From contig JBHHXX010000001.1 in assembly GCA_046757245.1 (NCBI GenBank), forward strand, positions 9,369-73,368: a DNA stretch of 64,000 nt, written 5' to 3'. Numbering within the stretch: the stretch's first letter is position 1; each line of letters opens with the position of its first letter. This document shows positions 8,254 to 18,194 of this stretch, piece after piece. The notes under the pieces were generated by a model. It did no database searches and was not told the origin of the DNA. It saw only the letters and a list, made by a program, of their open reading frames with translations. A program made the translations under genes and the position numbers. This stretch comes from Candidatus Geothermarchaeales archaeon. GTDB taxonomy: Archaea; Thermoproteota; Nitrososphaeria; Geothermarchaeales; JAUWBL01.

Positions 8254-9318
8254 TTAGGCTAACCCCCCTGATCTCATCCTCCCCACTTTGATTCTTTCGT
8301 ATAGACTTACAAGTCCACCCGTTATGCCTTTTGGAAGGAACAAGACGAATACCACTAGGATTCCCCCCAGGATGATCTGCCAGATCTCGTGGAAGTGGCC
8401 TCTTGCGTAGATTTCTAAGAATTCATATAGTATGCCGCCCACCAAGGGTCCTGCGAACATCCTGTATCCTCCGACGATCGTTAGGAACACGAATATACCC
8501 GACGTAAACCAATATAAGACGTCGGGGGTGCATTGACCGTTTATGGGCGCCCAGAGAACACCACCTATGCTAGCGAATATACCCGATAAAACGAAGGCAA
8601 TCCACCTGTACATCCTTACGCGTATGCCCACGAACTCAGCCCGAGTCGCATTGGCCCTTATGCTCTGCAACGTCTTCCCGAAGGGTGATTTGACGATCAC
8701 CCACATCACGGCGATGCAGATGAGGAATATGAACAACTCGTAGTAGTAGTAGGGGCCAACGAAGAACTCGAGCTTAGTCATCGTGCGAGATATTTCTACG
8801 GCGTCATGGTAGTCGATCCCCAGTAAGGACGGCGTCGGGACGCGCATGCCCTCCCCTCCTCCAGTGTACCAATAGAGTCTAAAGGCCAAGCCCCATAGCA
8901 CCATGGATAGAGCCAAGGCTAGAACGGCGAAGTATACCTCGGTGTGCCTGACGCATATAGCGCCGAAGATCATCGATATTATGGCGATGCCGACTATGGC
9001 TAATAGGAGCCAAACCTCCAAGGAGGTTACAAATAGGGGTTGTGGTTTCCCATAGGGGACGGGTCGCATATACTTAAAATATAGAGCCGCGATGTATGCT
9101 CCGCCGCCGAAGAATGCTGCGTGGCCGAAGGATAGGAGGCCGGTGTAGCCCAAGAGGAGGTTGAAGCCCAATCCTCCGATGGCGAAGGCCATGCCATAGC
9201 TTATGACGACTACGGGCCAGGTGTAGCCTATCGCCGAAAAGAGTGGGGGGACGATGATCATAAATATTACCAGGAATACGTATAGTGCGTATTTTAGGCT
9301 CACGCGTGCTATTTCCAT
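8254..9318 (-). CDS. livM: Branched-chain amino acid ABC transporter permease LivM
   Basis: Multi-TM protein with LLGYTGLLSFGHAAFFGGGAY and GKTLQSIRANATRAEFVGI motifs. Abuts the livG start. Confidence 0.85.
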   Translation of the reverse strand: MEIARVSLKYALYVFLVIFMIIVPPLFSAIGYTWPVVVISYGMAFAIGGLGFNLLLGYTGLLSFGHAAFFGGGAYIAALYFKYMRPVPYGKPQPLFVTSLEVWLLLAIVGIAIISMIFGAICVRHTEVYFAVLALALSMVLWGLAFRLYWYTGGGEGMRVPTPSLLGIDYHDAVEISRTMTKLEFFVGPYYYYELFIFLICIAVMWVIVKSPFGKTLQSIRANATRAEFVGIRVRMYRWIAFVLSGIFASIGGVLWAPINGQCTPDVLYWFTSGIFVFLTIVGGYRMFAGPLVGGILYEFLEIYARGHFHEIWQIILGGILVVFVLFLPKGITGGLVSLYERIKVGRMRSGGLA

Positions 9319-9324
9319 TCGTGT

Positions 9325-10221
9325 TCACTCCCCGAAGAGCCCGGTTGGGCGCCAGAGCAGGAAGGCCGCGGCGACGAGGTATAGGAGTGCTAGCTCTAAC
9401 TCCGGGATGTAGGCTATCCCCCATGATCTGATTATGCCCGCTATTAGGGAGCCTATGAAGGCGCCCTTGATGCTTCCAAGCCCGCCTATGACGACGACCA
9501 CGAAAGCCAGCACCAATGCGTTCATCCCCATCCCCAGTATGGCCGATTGAAAGGGCACCACGAGTCCCCCAGAGAGACCGGCTAGCATGACACCTATGAT
9601 GAAGGCGTAGACGAAGAGCCTCTTGACGTTTACCCCTAGGGATTGGGCGATCTCCCTGTTCTGCGAAGTCGCTCTAATGACGACGCCGAACTTCGTCCTA
9701 TACAAGAATAGATACAATATGATGGCGGTTAGGAAGCCCGCCGCTATGACCACCAAGTTATATGTGGGATAGCGATAGCCGAGGAGGTCGAAGGTTCCCG
9801 CGTTTTCGTAGGGCCACCTTGCGAAGAGGGGAAAGGACCCCCAGATGACCCTTATCGTGTCCTCCATAACCAGCATCATCCCGAAGGTCAGGAGGAGTGA
9901 ATCCTCTCCGAAGGTTGGGCGAGCGTATGTTCGTCTCAACAGGGGTTCTAGAATCACCCCCCACACTATTCCCACGATGATTGCCCCTAAGATTGGAAGA
10001 AAATATGTGATGTAAATCGGGCCTCCTCCGGCGATGATCTGTCCCATTACATATGCCGTGACGTAGGCGCCGAAGCCGTAGAGGGAGCCGTGGGATAGGT
10101 TTACCACGCCCATGACGCCGAAGATGAGGTTGAGTCCAGATGCGATGAGGAAGAGCATCATTCCGTACATGAGGGCGTTGAGGAAATAAACGGCACCTAT
10201 CTCATAAACCATTCTAGACAC
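9325..10221 (-). CDS. livH: Branched-chain amino acid ABC transporter permease LivH
   Basis: 298-aa multi-TM protein with GVVNLSHGSLYGFGAY and VIRATSQNREIAQSLGVNV motifs typical of LivH. Confidence 0.85.
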   Translation of the reverse strand: MSRMVYEIGAVYFLNALMYGMMLFLIASGLNLIFGVMGVVNLSHGSLYGFGAYVTAYVMGQIIAGGGPIYITYFLPILGAIIVGIVWGVILEPLLRRTYARPTFGEDSLLLTFGMMLVMEDTIRVIWGSFPLFARWPYENAGTFDLLGYRYPTYNLVVIAAGFLTAIILYLFLYRTKFGVVIRATSQNREIAQSLGVNVKRLFVYAFIIGVMLAGLSGGLVVPFQSAILGMGMNALVLAFVVVVIGGLGSIKGAFIGSLIAGIIRSWGIAYIPELELALLYLVAAAFLLWRPTGLFGE

Positions 10222-10286
10222 CCTTATTTCATACTTTCAACCCGTATTTCCTAACTATAACCCGAAAAAAAGAGGGGGAGGGATGT

Positions 10287-11690
10287 CTAAATCCCTATGC
10301 CCGGCTTCCACGTCTTCTCTACCCAGTCGTAGGACCGAGTTGGCTCGGCCAGCGGCCAATAGGGCGGCGCACAGACTTTCTCTATCGGTATGTGGCTAAC
10401 GGTGTTCAGATCCCAAGCGTTGAAGGTTTGTCCACCATAGGTCAGGTTCTTGGTAAGGGCATTCGCGAAGTTGCCGTATCCCTGATGGTTATCTGGCCTG
10501 AACTGGACGTAGCCCTTGGCACCAAACCAGCCAAGCCTCTCCAACATGAAGATTATGTCGTCGTCGGAAGGCCACTCACCCAAGAAGTTGTAGGCCCTCT
10601 CGACCGCCAGTTTATATGCGTACACTCCGTCGTAGCCGCCCTGAGCCTCGAAGTTGGGCCACTCGTTATATCTCGACCAATAGGTGCCGACGAAGTCTCC
10701 GGCCGGTGGCCAAAGATCCCAGTCCGGATATGTGAAGTACCAGTTGGAGTGTACGCCTCCAACCGTGCCCTCAGGGTGGTCTGGCTCGATGTAGTGGGGT
10801 GTGACGCCGTGGGAGATGTTGGAGACCCATTGCATCTTCGCGGGTACGCCGTAGCCCAGCCCCTGCTTATAGAGGGCTATGTAGTCTCCCCCCCAGCAGG
10901 CCGTCTCGAATATGTCCGCCTTGGCCTCCAGGGCAGCTGTAAGATGTGCGGTGAAGTCGGTCTCGAAGAGCGGTGGGAACCCCACGTATACTTCCTCGAC
11001 GTCCGGGTTAAGCTTGTGCATGGCGACCGTGAAGTGGTCAAAGACGTTGCGACCGTAGGCATAGTCGGGGTGTACATGCGCATACTTCAACTTTTCGGGG
11101 AATGACATGAAGCACTTGATGGCCGCGCCTATGCCGTCCGCGGAGTTGATCGCGGTCACCCTGAAGACGAAGTGGGGCTTCAACACGGCCTTGTCGAAGA
11201 GGAAGTCGGTGCATCCATCTACGAAGAGGGTTACGACGCCCAGCTCCTCGGCCACGGGGCCAACGGCTGGGGTGTTCCCACTAGAGATCAGTCCAACATA
11301 GAAGTCGATCTTGTCCTCTAGGACGAGCCTCTTGTACTCCTTCACCGTCTCGTCGGTGCCCGCCTCATCCCTCGCGATAACCTTGATCTTCCTGCCGAGG
11401 ATGCCACCCTCAGCAGAGACCTTCTCAGCGCCTAGGTTGGTACCCTTATACTGGGCCTCGCTTAGGGCAGCCGCCGCGCCTCGGAAGTGGGCCTGACAGC
11501 CCAGCACTAGGTCCTCCGTGGGCAGGGCCTTGGGTGTGGGCTTCACCGTCTTCTCAACGGTTTTCTCAACCACCTTCGGGGGTGCCGCGTAGTATCCTCC
11601 GAAAGCCGCCGCCGCGCCAACAACGATGCCAGTTGCTGCAGCCCATTTCAGAACGTCGCGTCTGGTAGCAGAAGTTTTCTCCTCACCCAT
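10287..11690 (-). CDS. livK: Liv-type ABC substrate-binding protein with a twin-arginine-like signal
   Basis: N-terminal TRRDVLKWAAATGIVVGAAAAFGG (Tat-like RR motif plus h-region). Large periplasmic-binding-protein-type body. First gene of the liv operon. Confidence 0.75.
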   Translation of the reverse strand: MGEEKTSATRRDVLKWAAATGIVVGAAAAFGGYYAAPPKVVEKTVEKTVKPTPKALPTEDLVLGCQAHFRGAAAALSEAQYKGTNLGAEKVSAEGGILGRKIKVIARDEAGTDETVKEYKRLVLEDKIDFYVGLISSGNTPAVGPVAEELGVVTLFVDGCTDFLFDKAVLKPHFVFRVTAINSADGIGAAIKCFMSFPEKLKYAHVHPDYAYGRNVFDHFTVAMHKLNPDVEEVYVGFPPLFETDFTAHLTAALEAKADIFETACWGGDYIALYKQGLGYGVPAKMQWVSNISHGVTPHYIEPDHPEGTVGGVHSNWYFTYPDWDLWPPAGDFVGTYWSRYNEWPNFEAQGGYDGVYAYKLAVERAYNFLGEWPSDDDIIFMLERLGWFGAKGYVQFRPDNHQGYGNFANALTKNLTYGGQTFNAWDLNTVSHIPIEKVCAPPYWPLAEPTRSYDWVEKTWKPGIGI

Positions 11691-11916
11691 TTCTCATCAT
11701 AACCAAAGTTACATGAAATAATATATATATCTTTCGATCAATAAGGCGCTGGGACATCTCTTACTCCTCTTCCGGCCTCAGAGACACGAAGCCACAGTCA
11801 AATTCACTTGACTAGTGCCTATGTTATTTACATCGAGGACCTAAATGTCGCAAGCCTCCGCTTAACGAGGTCCATGATCTCCCCCTTCAACGCCACACTC
11901 GGCTCCAACCATTCTG

Positions 11917-12390
11917 TTAAAACTCTTTCCACCCTCTGAACCGTCTTAACACATGACTTGGAACAGGGTTTATATATTCTAGCTCCGCTTGTTTGCAGAG
12001 TTTTTCGAAGTCTGTATCCGTGGTTATGATTGCAGATGCCCCCTCCTGTAGGGCAGCAGCCAAGTATACGCAGTCGTATACATCGTGTTTAAGCTCTTCA
12101 GCTAGCTCGAAGCTCCTCGCTATCGTCTCCCTATGGAGGCAGTAGTACTGGGGTCGATCATACTCTTTTATGAAGTGTTTAACAGCACTCACGCTTTCCT
12201 CTTCACCGCATCCCCATTTCTTGGTCATTACCCAATACGCTCTGATTGGAAGGATGTCCATGATGAGAGGAACATAGGCTCCTCTCAACCCCTCCTCGAC
12301 GACTGGGGCCGCATACCTGTTCCCTGGATGGTCCTCCACTAGAAATATTGCCAGGACGTTGACATCCAAAATCCTTTTCTCGCTAGTCAC
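11917..12390 (-). CDS. vapC: PIN-domain ribonuclease toxin (VapC-like)
   Basis: Acidic PIN residues in ILDVNVL, DCVYLAAAL and ITTDTDFEKL. Overlaps the upstream AbrB-type gene by 8 nt. Confidence 0.75.
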   Translation of the reverse strand: MTSEKRILDVNVLAIFLVEDHPGNRYAAPVVEEGLRGAYVPLIMDILPIRAYWVMTKKWGCGEEESVSAVKHFIKEYDRPQYYCLHRETIARSFELAEELKHDVYDCVYLAAALQEGASAIITTDTDFEKLCKQAELEYINPVPSHVLRRFRGWKEF

Positions 12391-12604
12391 CGAAGGCGGC
12401 CTCCCCAGCGTCTAGGAAGGCTTCCTCACCCCAAACCACCTTCCCCGACCGCACCCTAACCGGCGGTGGGATTATCGGCTTCAGCAACAGCATCCCTCCT
12501 TCTTCTATCAATTCGAATTCCATCCCAGCTTTGAGGCGGAGTCTTTCCCTCTCCTCGGAAGGGATCAAGACTCTGCCCCTCGCATCCATCCTCGTTTTTC
12601 CCAT
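12383..12604 (-). CDS. vapB: AbrB/SpoVT-type antitoxin (VapB-like)
   Basis: MDARGRVLIPSEERERLRLKAGMEFELIEEGGMLLLKPI is a swapped-hairpin AbrB-like DNA-binding motif. Operonic with the PIN gene. Confidence 0.7.
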   Translation of the reverse strand: MGKTRMDARGRVLIPSEERERLRLKAGMEFELIEEGGMLLLKPIIPPPVRVRSGKVVWGEEAFLDAGEAAFGD

Positions 12605-12807
12605 CTTTAATCACCCACAAATTTTAATTATTTTTAACCCACATAAAAATATTAAATAAACCCATTTTACCACGGGGAATAAATCTTGGATATCATCGGT
12701 AAGCATTTAAAAAATACCCGGCTAAAACTCCGTGCTTATTCATTTTGATAAATGTACCAATAAACTTAATAATTTTCTAATCATCATCTAATGCGGGATG
12801 TAAAGCA

Positions 12808-13263
12808 TTGAGCAAAAGGGACTATCGGAAACTTTCCGGGGTGACCGCGGGAATAATACTAGGGATTTTAATCTACCTGGCTCCATGGCTCCTATTCCCC
12901 GTCTGTAAAAAGCCGGTTGAAACCGCAGCTGGCACCTTGATCCCCATGGCGTGCTTCTGGGTCTATCGATACACCTCCGCTATTGGAGTGTTAATCGTGA
13001 TAGTCTCGGCTTTAACCTTAACGGTTAAGGATTTACCCGCAAAACGCGCAATGTTCATTATCTTAACAATACTCGGAGTGTATACGGCGCTTTCACCCAT
13101 GTATACGTTCGGAATCCCCATCGGATTCGGCGCTATGTGTCTAAGCCCTCAGCATATGTGTAGATTAAACACCATGCCAGCGCTCTTTGTTTTGGGAAGT
13201 ATACTAGCTTTTATCGGCCTCGTTGCGACGGTGGTGCAAAAGGAAATAGTGGAAGAGGAATAA
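12808..13263 (+). CDS. Small 4-TM membrane protein with conserved Cys pairs (possibly DUF4418-like)
   Basis: TTG start. Four hydrophobic segments. Cys motifs PVCKK...MACFW and CLSPQHMC. Family assignment is from memory only. Confidence 0.5.
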   Translation: MSKRDYRKLSGVTAGIILGILIYLAPWLLFPVCKKPVETAAGTLIPMACFWVYRYTSAIGVLIVIVSALTLTVKDLPAKRAMFIILTILGVYTALSPMYTFGIPIGFGAMCLSPQHMCRLNTMPALFVLGSILAFIGLVATVVQKEIVEEE

Positions 13264-13505
13264 GCAGATTAATTATCCTCCATCCCCCTTCTTTTTTACG
13301 ATTCATTCTCAGAATGGAGGTCTCCCTCTAGCACCACGTGACACCTACAACGGTAATGGGGAGGAGGCGGGTAAAGAAATGGCGAATAAAATCCTCCTTT
13401 GAGAGGAAATCGATTAGAGAATGCTTATCTCGACGAGGAAGGTGGGGAAATATCATGAAGAATGTAGAAAAGCCTGTGTCTTGTTTCTTCTTGGATTTCG
13501 ACGTA

Positions 13506-14201
13506 TTACTCGGCTGGAAATAGCTTTCCATCCCTTAGGTTATATTTGGTTTTACCGAATTCACCGACCTTGGGATCATGAGTCACCAAGATGATTGTCG
13601 CACCCTCCTCGTTCAACCCCTTAAGGATACCCATCACCTGCATCGCATTATAGGTGTCCAACGTCCCGGTAGGCTCGTCGGCGAGTATTAATTCTGGGTC
13701 GTTCATCAAGGATCTAGCGATGGCAACTCTCTGCTGTTCTCCATAGCTCAGCGTCCTCGAAAAGTGCGACATTCGTTCTTCCAAGCCGACTCGTTTCAAC
13801 AATTCCTTCGCTTTCTCCTCGTCTTCATGGGTGGTTTTGCCCTTGCTGAATAATACGGGCGTTAATACGTTCTCCAGCGCGGTTAGCGTTGGAATCAGGT
13901 TATAGCCTTGAAATATGAAGCCTATGGTCTCCCCCCTCAACTTTGATAGTTGTTCATCGTCCAAATCCATCGTGTTAACTCCACGGATGAGTATTTTTCC
14001 CCGTGTCGGTTTGATTAGGCACCCGATGAGATTGAGCAACGTGGATTTACCGGAGCCAGATGGACCCATTATCGAGATGAGGTCTCCATGATATACGTCT
14101 AGGTCCACGGAGTCAATAGCCTTTGTAATATAATCGCCCAGCTCATAGTACTTGTCTACTCCCCTCATCTCAATTATTTTATACTTCTCTGATTGCCTCA
14201 T
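13506..14201 (-). CDS. MacB/LolD-type ABC transporter ATP-binding protein
   Basis: Walker A GPSGSGKST, signature LSYGEQQRVAIARS, Walker B ILADEPTGTLD. Overlaps the FtsX-type permease gene. Confidence 0.85.
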   Translation of the reverse strand: MRQSEKYKIIEMRGVDKYYELGDYITKAIDSVDLDVYHGDLISIMGPSGSGKSTLLNLIGCLIKPTRGKILIRGVNTMDLDDEQLSKLRGETIGFIFQGYNLIPTLTALENVLTPVLFSKGKTTHEDEEKAKELLKRVGLEERMSHFSRTLSYGEQQRVAIARSLMNDPELILADEPTGTLDTYNAMQVMGILKGLNEEGATIILVTHDPKVGEFGKTKYNLRDGKLFPAE

Positions 14202-15417
14202 CTGGAGTCATCCTCATAAACCTATACGCTGGATAAAGGGAAGAAATCAGCCCAATGGCTATTGAAACAACTATGCACTCCCCGATTAAGAACATCACCT
14301 CTAACAAGGAGGGGTATAGAACGGGCAGCACGGCTTGCATCCTGGGAACGATGAGTTCTACGACCCAAGAGAAGAATATCCCCAACTCAATGCCAATCAA
14401 TCCGCCGATGAAAGATAGAAATACAGCTTCAAAGATTGTCATCTTGAAGACGTCTTGATTCAAGGCTCCAATGGCCTTTATTATGCCAATCTCCCTCCTC
14501 CTCTCAATGTTTGAAAAGAGAAATACGAGCATGATCGCCAAAGCACCTATGCCTAAAACCATTAATAGTAAAGGCCAAACACCCGCCTCCGTGTTTCTCA
14601 AAATTCCCATAAGATACATGGCTACGGTGGGCATTTTAACCGCCTTGACCTCGGGAATTCTATCGATTTCTCTCTTTACCTCATCGATCATGCCCGGCTT
14701 AGTCTTGATCAAAATTGCTGATATATCGTCAACCCTGAATCTCCTTTTGGCGACCTCTTCCTCAAAAATCTCGAATGTCCCGATCTCACCTCTTATGATA
14801 TCCCTCGCCAGGCTCATCGGAATAAATATTGCCGAGTCTATGTAACCTATGCCCGTTGTTTTTAATCGACCCTTGACAACGTAGGGTGTTCCATAGAGGT
14901 TGAACCTGTATCCAGTAAGCGCCAATTCTGGAAGACCGCTCCCGGTGTAAAACGCTGGACCCATCTCACCTACCGTTGCCTCGAGTGGAATGACCAAGGG
15001 ATCTATCATGAAGTCCGTCTCTGGGTCGTAGGCGATGACCTTGATGTTTTCATAGGAGCAGCAGGCTCTTATCGACTTTGGAATCGTCGCAAAATATAGT
15101 TGCGGCGTCGCCTTTTCTACACCTGGAAGGTTTCTTATCTCCTCAAAGACCGAGTAGTTCATGTAGAAGTTAGACGGCATCCCCATTACAAAGCCCAAAT
15201 CGATGCTGGCTTCGTATGGAACGGCGATGATGTCCGCACCTAATGATTCTACACCCAGCCTTAACCCCCTTTTCACGCTGTCAAAATAGAAGGTCGATGT
15301 GTATAGCGAAGCTATAACAATAGTCGTGATGATGATGACGGTGAGGGTATAAAACTTCTTCCTCTTCAAGTGGGTTATAGCATAGGAGTATATGCTTCTC
15401 ATCAATAGGCTAAACAT
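14179..15417 (-). CDS. MacB/FtsX-type ABC transporter permease
   Basis: N-terminal TM, large extracytoplasmic domain, then a C-terminal FtsX-like 3-TM bundle (IGIIKAIGALNQDVFKMTIFEAVFLSFIGGLIG). Confidence 0.8.
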   Translation of the reverse strand: MFSLLMRSIYSYAITHLKRKKFYTLTVIIITTIVIASLYTSTFYFDSVKRGLRLGVESLGADIIAVPYEASIDLGFVMGMPSNFYMNYSVFEEIRNLPGVEKATPQLYFATIPKSIRACCSYENIKVIAYDPETDFMIDPLVIPLEATVGEMGPAFYTGSGLPELALTGYRFNLYGTPYVVKGRLKTTGIGYIDSAIFIPMSLARDIIRGEIGTFEIFEEEVAKRRFRVDDISAILIKTKPGMIDEVKREIDRIPEVKAVKMPTVAMYLMGILRNTEAGVWPLLLMVLGIGALAIMLVFLFSNIERRREIGIIKAIGALNQDVFKMTIFEAVFLSFIGGLIGIELGIFFSWVVELIVPRMQAVLPVLYPSLLEVMFLIGECIVVSIAIGLISSLYPAYRFMRMTPDEAIREV

Positions 15418-15433
15418 CTGGTATTCTAATAAA

Positions 15434-15452
15434 TTTTTTCGATGATTGTACT
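15434..15452 (-). promoter_or_regulatory. Copy 2 of the 19-nt motif (plus strand reads ttttttcgatgattgtact)
   Basis: Its reverse complement is AGTACAATCATCGAAAAAA. It sits in the divergent intergenic region, 16 nt from the ABC permease ATG (15417) and 41 nt from the polyferredoxin ORF start (15494). Confidence 0.55.
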
Positions 15453-15493
15453 AAACAATTTATTAAACACTCTTACAACTTTAAAATTGAAGA

Positions 15494-17065
15494 TTGACAA
15501 TGCACAGTGCCCCCATCCTACAAATTTTCCCCGTCTCAGGAGCCTTCCCGATACCTCTCGAGGTATTAACGATGCAAATATTCCTGGCCGGGGTGGTGGC
15601 TTTCACCTATCTCGCGATCGCCGGATCAAAGATAGAGAGATATCCCAAATATGATCTCCTCGGAATAGGTCTCATCAAGCGGATGGCAAAAAGCCGCACA
15701 TTTCGTCTTGCGGTTCAAATGATTGTGGTTGCCGCGTTCATCTTCACCCTTGCCGCTGGCTTCATCGGGGCTCAGGCCCTCGATAACATCAATGTAGTGA
15801 TAACTTGGTCGTGGTGGTATATGCTTTTATTCATCCTGGCCCTCCTCGTTGGGAGATTCTGGTGTTTTGCTTGCCCTTGGAAATCTATTGTCGACTGGAT
15901 CCTGAATCGATCCTTCCTGAAGGTGAGAAAGGAGAGAGATGTAATGGGCCTTCACAGACCATGGCCCAAAAAGTTAAGGGGTATACACATCCCCCTCATT
16001 TTTTTCTCCGTATTGTTCCTATTTGATCTAGCCTTCATATACGGATGGAAATTTATCCCAATCGCCACCTCGCTACTAGGCGTATTCTTTCTAATTTTTA
16101 CGTTCCTTGGACTATTCTTTTTCAGCAGGGGCAGTTTTTGCAGATACGCCTGCATAGTTGGCTGGGTGCAGGGATCCTTCACAAACCTTTCACCCCTAGA
16201 GCTGAGGGCAAGGGATAAAAAAATATGTGCTGAGGAGTGTAAAAATAAGGACTGCCTCAACGGGAATGACTCAGGGTATGGCTGCCCGACCTATCAACTC
16301 CTCCAAGTGATGGACAACAATTCCCAATGCCTATTGTGCACGGAGTGTGTCAAAACCTGCCCATATGACAACGTCTCCATCAACATAAGACCCTACGGAA
16401 TGGATCTGGTTACGTCGAAGAGGTTCGGAATGAACGACGCCTACTTCGCCATCATACTGCTGGCCTTATCCTTGTTTCACCGCATAAGCATGTCCCCCTC
16501 TTGGCTGGAGTTTGGAGACACGCTCAATCTACCAGGCTTGCCGGGCTCTGGACATGTTTTGGCGTTTATCATCGGGGTATCTGTCTCGGTATCAATCACA
16601 TATGGGGGGCACTATGCATTCTCATCGCTTTCTTTGAAACTATCGGGCAACAACAATGTTAACTTTAGAAGCGTGTTCTCCAACTACGCTTACGCGTTCC
16701 TACCCTTTCCTTTCCTCTACCTCGCGGGCCACTGCTTTGAACACCTCTTCTCCATGGGTGCAGAGATCATTCCCGCCATATCAGATCCCTTCGGCTGGGG
16801 GTGGAACCTGTTTGGGACAGCCGCAGTGCAGCCCCTGCCATTATTCGGGACCCTAGCCTTGAAGTGGATAATAACCCTGTTCATCATAATATCGGTGATA
16901 GCCTGCATATGGGTGGCCTTTCAAAGATCGAGGATAGTATTCGACGATGATAGAGAAGCGTTTAGAAGTTTGATACCGATCGTGGTGTGGATATATGTGC
17001 TCACCATCGTGGGCATCTGGTTTGTGGCACAACCCATGATATGGGTTCCATACCCCGTGGAGTGA
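15494..17065 (+). CDS. Integral-membrane polyferredoxin (NapH/CcoG-like 4Fe-4S protein) with an extra C-terminal multi-TM domain
   Basis: Membrane-embedded CxxCP-type motifs (GRFWCFACPW, SFCRYACIVGW). Two ferredoxin-type clusters (CAEECKNKDC...GCP and CLLCTECVKTCP). At least 10 hydrophobic segments. Alternative in-frame starts at ATG 15500 and ATG 15572. Confidence 0.7.
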   Translation: MTMHSAPILQIFPVSGAFPIPLEVLTMQIFLAGVVAFTYLAIAGSKIERYPKYDLLGIGLIKRMAKSRTFRLAVQMIVVAAFIFTLAAGFIGAQALDNINVVITWSWWYMLLFILALLVGRFWCFACPWKSIVDWILNRSFLKVRKERDVMGLHRPWPKKLRGIHIPLIFFSVLFLFDLAFIYGWKFIPIATSLLGVFFLIFTFLGLFFFSRGSFCRYACIVGWVQGSFTNLSPLELRARDKKICAEECKNKDCLNGNDSGYGCPTYQLLQVMDNNSQCLLCTECVKTCPYDNVSINIRPYGMDLVTSKRFGMNDAYFAIILLALSLFHRISMSPSWLEFGDTLNLPGLPGSGHVLAFIIGVSVSVSITYGGHYAFSSLSLKLSGNNNVNFRSVFSNYAYAFLPFPFLYLAGHCFEHLFSMGAEIIPAISDPFGWGWNLFGTAAVQPLPLFGTLALKWIITLFIIISVIACIWVAFQRSRIVFDDDREAFRSLIPIVVWIYVLTIVGIWFVAQPMIWVPYPVE

Positions 17066-17104
17066 GCTCAAAGAGCTGGATAAACATGGTTGACCTTTTA
17101 ATTT

Positions 17105-17123
17105 AGTACAATTATCGAAAAAG
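17105..17123 (+). promoter_or_regulatory. Copy 3 of the 19-nt motif (agtacaattatcgaaaaag)
   Basis: Lies 27 nt upstream of ATG 17151 and is followed directly by the TATA-like sequence gttttttattttaaa. Confidence 0.55.
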
Positions 17124-17150
17124 TTTTTTATTTTAAACGACAACGTATTT

Positions 17151-17495
17151 ATGAGAGATACCAAACTGGTGATGGAGAGCTACTTGACATACAACATCGA
17201 TCAAATATTGCATGTCCTCACGATTATGCTAGCTGTTTGCTTGTTCGTCGTAGCGGCTATCTCGTATAAGAGGGATGGTAGAAGTAGGCTACTTTTCTTA
17301 TCGGGCGCCTTTTTCATCATGCTCATAAAAGAGAGTATCAACTATCTATATACATTGCAATTCGGATACGTTATGTATGCGTACCTTACGCTTTTCCTTC
17401 AGAACTACCTACCGAGCTGTAAAGCTCCCCTGGATCACATAATAAACCTCTTAATCCTATCCATGTTCTCCCTAGGGATACTGATAAAGAGATAG
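17151..17495 (+). CDS. Small 4-TM membrane protein, first gene of an operon with the wHTH regulator
   Basis: 114 aa with hydrophobic segments (ILHVLTIMLAVCLFVVAAI, LLFLSGAFFIMLI, and others). The stop lies 8 nt before the TTG start of 17504, which has its own GGTGG SD. Confidence 0.55.
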   Translation: MRDTKLVMESYLTYNIDQILHVLTIMLAVCLFVVAAISYKRDGRSRLLFLSGAFFIMLIKESINYLYTLQFGYVMYAYLTLFLQNYLPSCKAPLDHIINLLILSMFSLGILIKR

Positions 17496-17503
17496 GTGGA
17501 AAA

Positions 17504-18064
17504 TTGATTAGACTTGGCTTAAAACCATCGTTCAACGCGGGCAATCTAGACTGCTTGTGTCCAAAGAAGAGGTTAAACTGTTTATGTCCCCGGAGGAAGA
17601 TCTACAAGCTCATCAACCTATTCCCCGGGCTACACTTCAGAGAGATTCAGAGGAAGATCGGCATCGCAACAGGGACCCTCCAGTATCATATAAACTTCCT
17701 CAAAGAAAACGAACTCATCGACTACGAGAGGGACGGCAAGTTCCTGCGGTTCTACCCTGTGGGATTAGAAGGCATTAACAAAGAGGTCTTGGGCATCACG
17801 CGCCAAAAAATCCCTAGGGCAATAATCTTTTACTTGTTAAACCATGGGTGGGCTCGAAACACAGAGCTCTCCAATCATCTGAAACTCTCGCCCTCAACCA
17901 TGTCATGGTACCTAAAGAGGCTGGAGAGCTACGGCATCGTAAAGTCTAATGGGTGCAAGTACACCCTCGATGGAAGAAAGGAAATCATTGAGACACTGCT
18001 AACGTTCCGAGAGAGCTTCCTAGACAAAGTCGTGGACAGATATCTAGACATGTGGGAGATATAG
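17504..18064 (+). CDS. Transcriptional regulator with two winged-helix (ArsR/TrmB-like) domains and an N-terminal CLCP repeat
   Basis: wHTH 1: IYKLINLFPGLHFREIQRKIGIATGTLQYHINFLKENELIDYERDGKFLRFYP. wHTH 2: IIFYLLNHGWARNTELSNHLKLSPSTMSWYLKRLESYGIVKS. TTG start with a GGTGG SD 4 nt upstream. Confidence 0.7.
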   Translation: MIRLGLKPSFNAGNLDCLCPKKRLNCLCPRRKIYKLINLFPGLHFREIQRKIGIATGTLQYHINFLKENELIDYERDGKFLRFYPVGLEGINKEVLGITRQKIPRAIIFYLLNHGWARNTELSNHLKLSPSTMSWYLKRLESYGIVKSNGCKYTLDGRKEIIETLLTFRESFLDKVVDRYLDMWEI

Positions 18065-18194
18065 ATTTTCAGGTAGATATATCAGCGCCTCCATTATCGC
18101 TGATGAACGCCGTCATTCGCAAAGAGTCATGACCACAACGTCTCTCATCGTCAATTGATGTGGCACTTAAACAAAAAGATGAGGAGCGCAGATT

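Noticed and set aside
7526-8257. 243-aa ORF antisense to livG (also 6862..7314 antisense to livF and 8543..8743 antisense to livM)
   Set aside because: These are Ser/Thr/Met/Leu-rich, low-complexity translations lying fully inside strongly supported ABC transporter genes on the other strand. They are classic shadow ORFs.
10392-11105. 237-aa ORF antisense to the LivK-like binding protein (plus 11107..11301 and 11311..11496)
   Set aside because: No motifs. They are contained entirely in the well-supported minus-strand gene. This is the shadow-frame pattern of GC-rich third positions.
12001-12019. Motif-like sequence tttttcgaagtctgtatcc inside the PIN gene 11917..12390, and partial matches at 11741-11755 and 21223-21238
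   Set aside because: They match only the T-run/CGA and TGTA parts of the 19-nt motif (about 13 of 19 positions or fewer). One is coding, and the others have the wrong spacing. I do not count them as motif copies.
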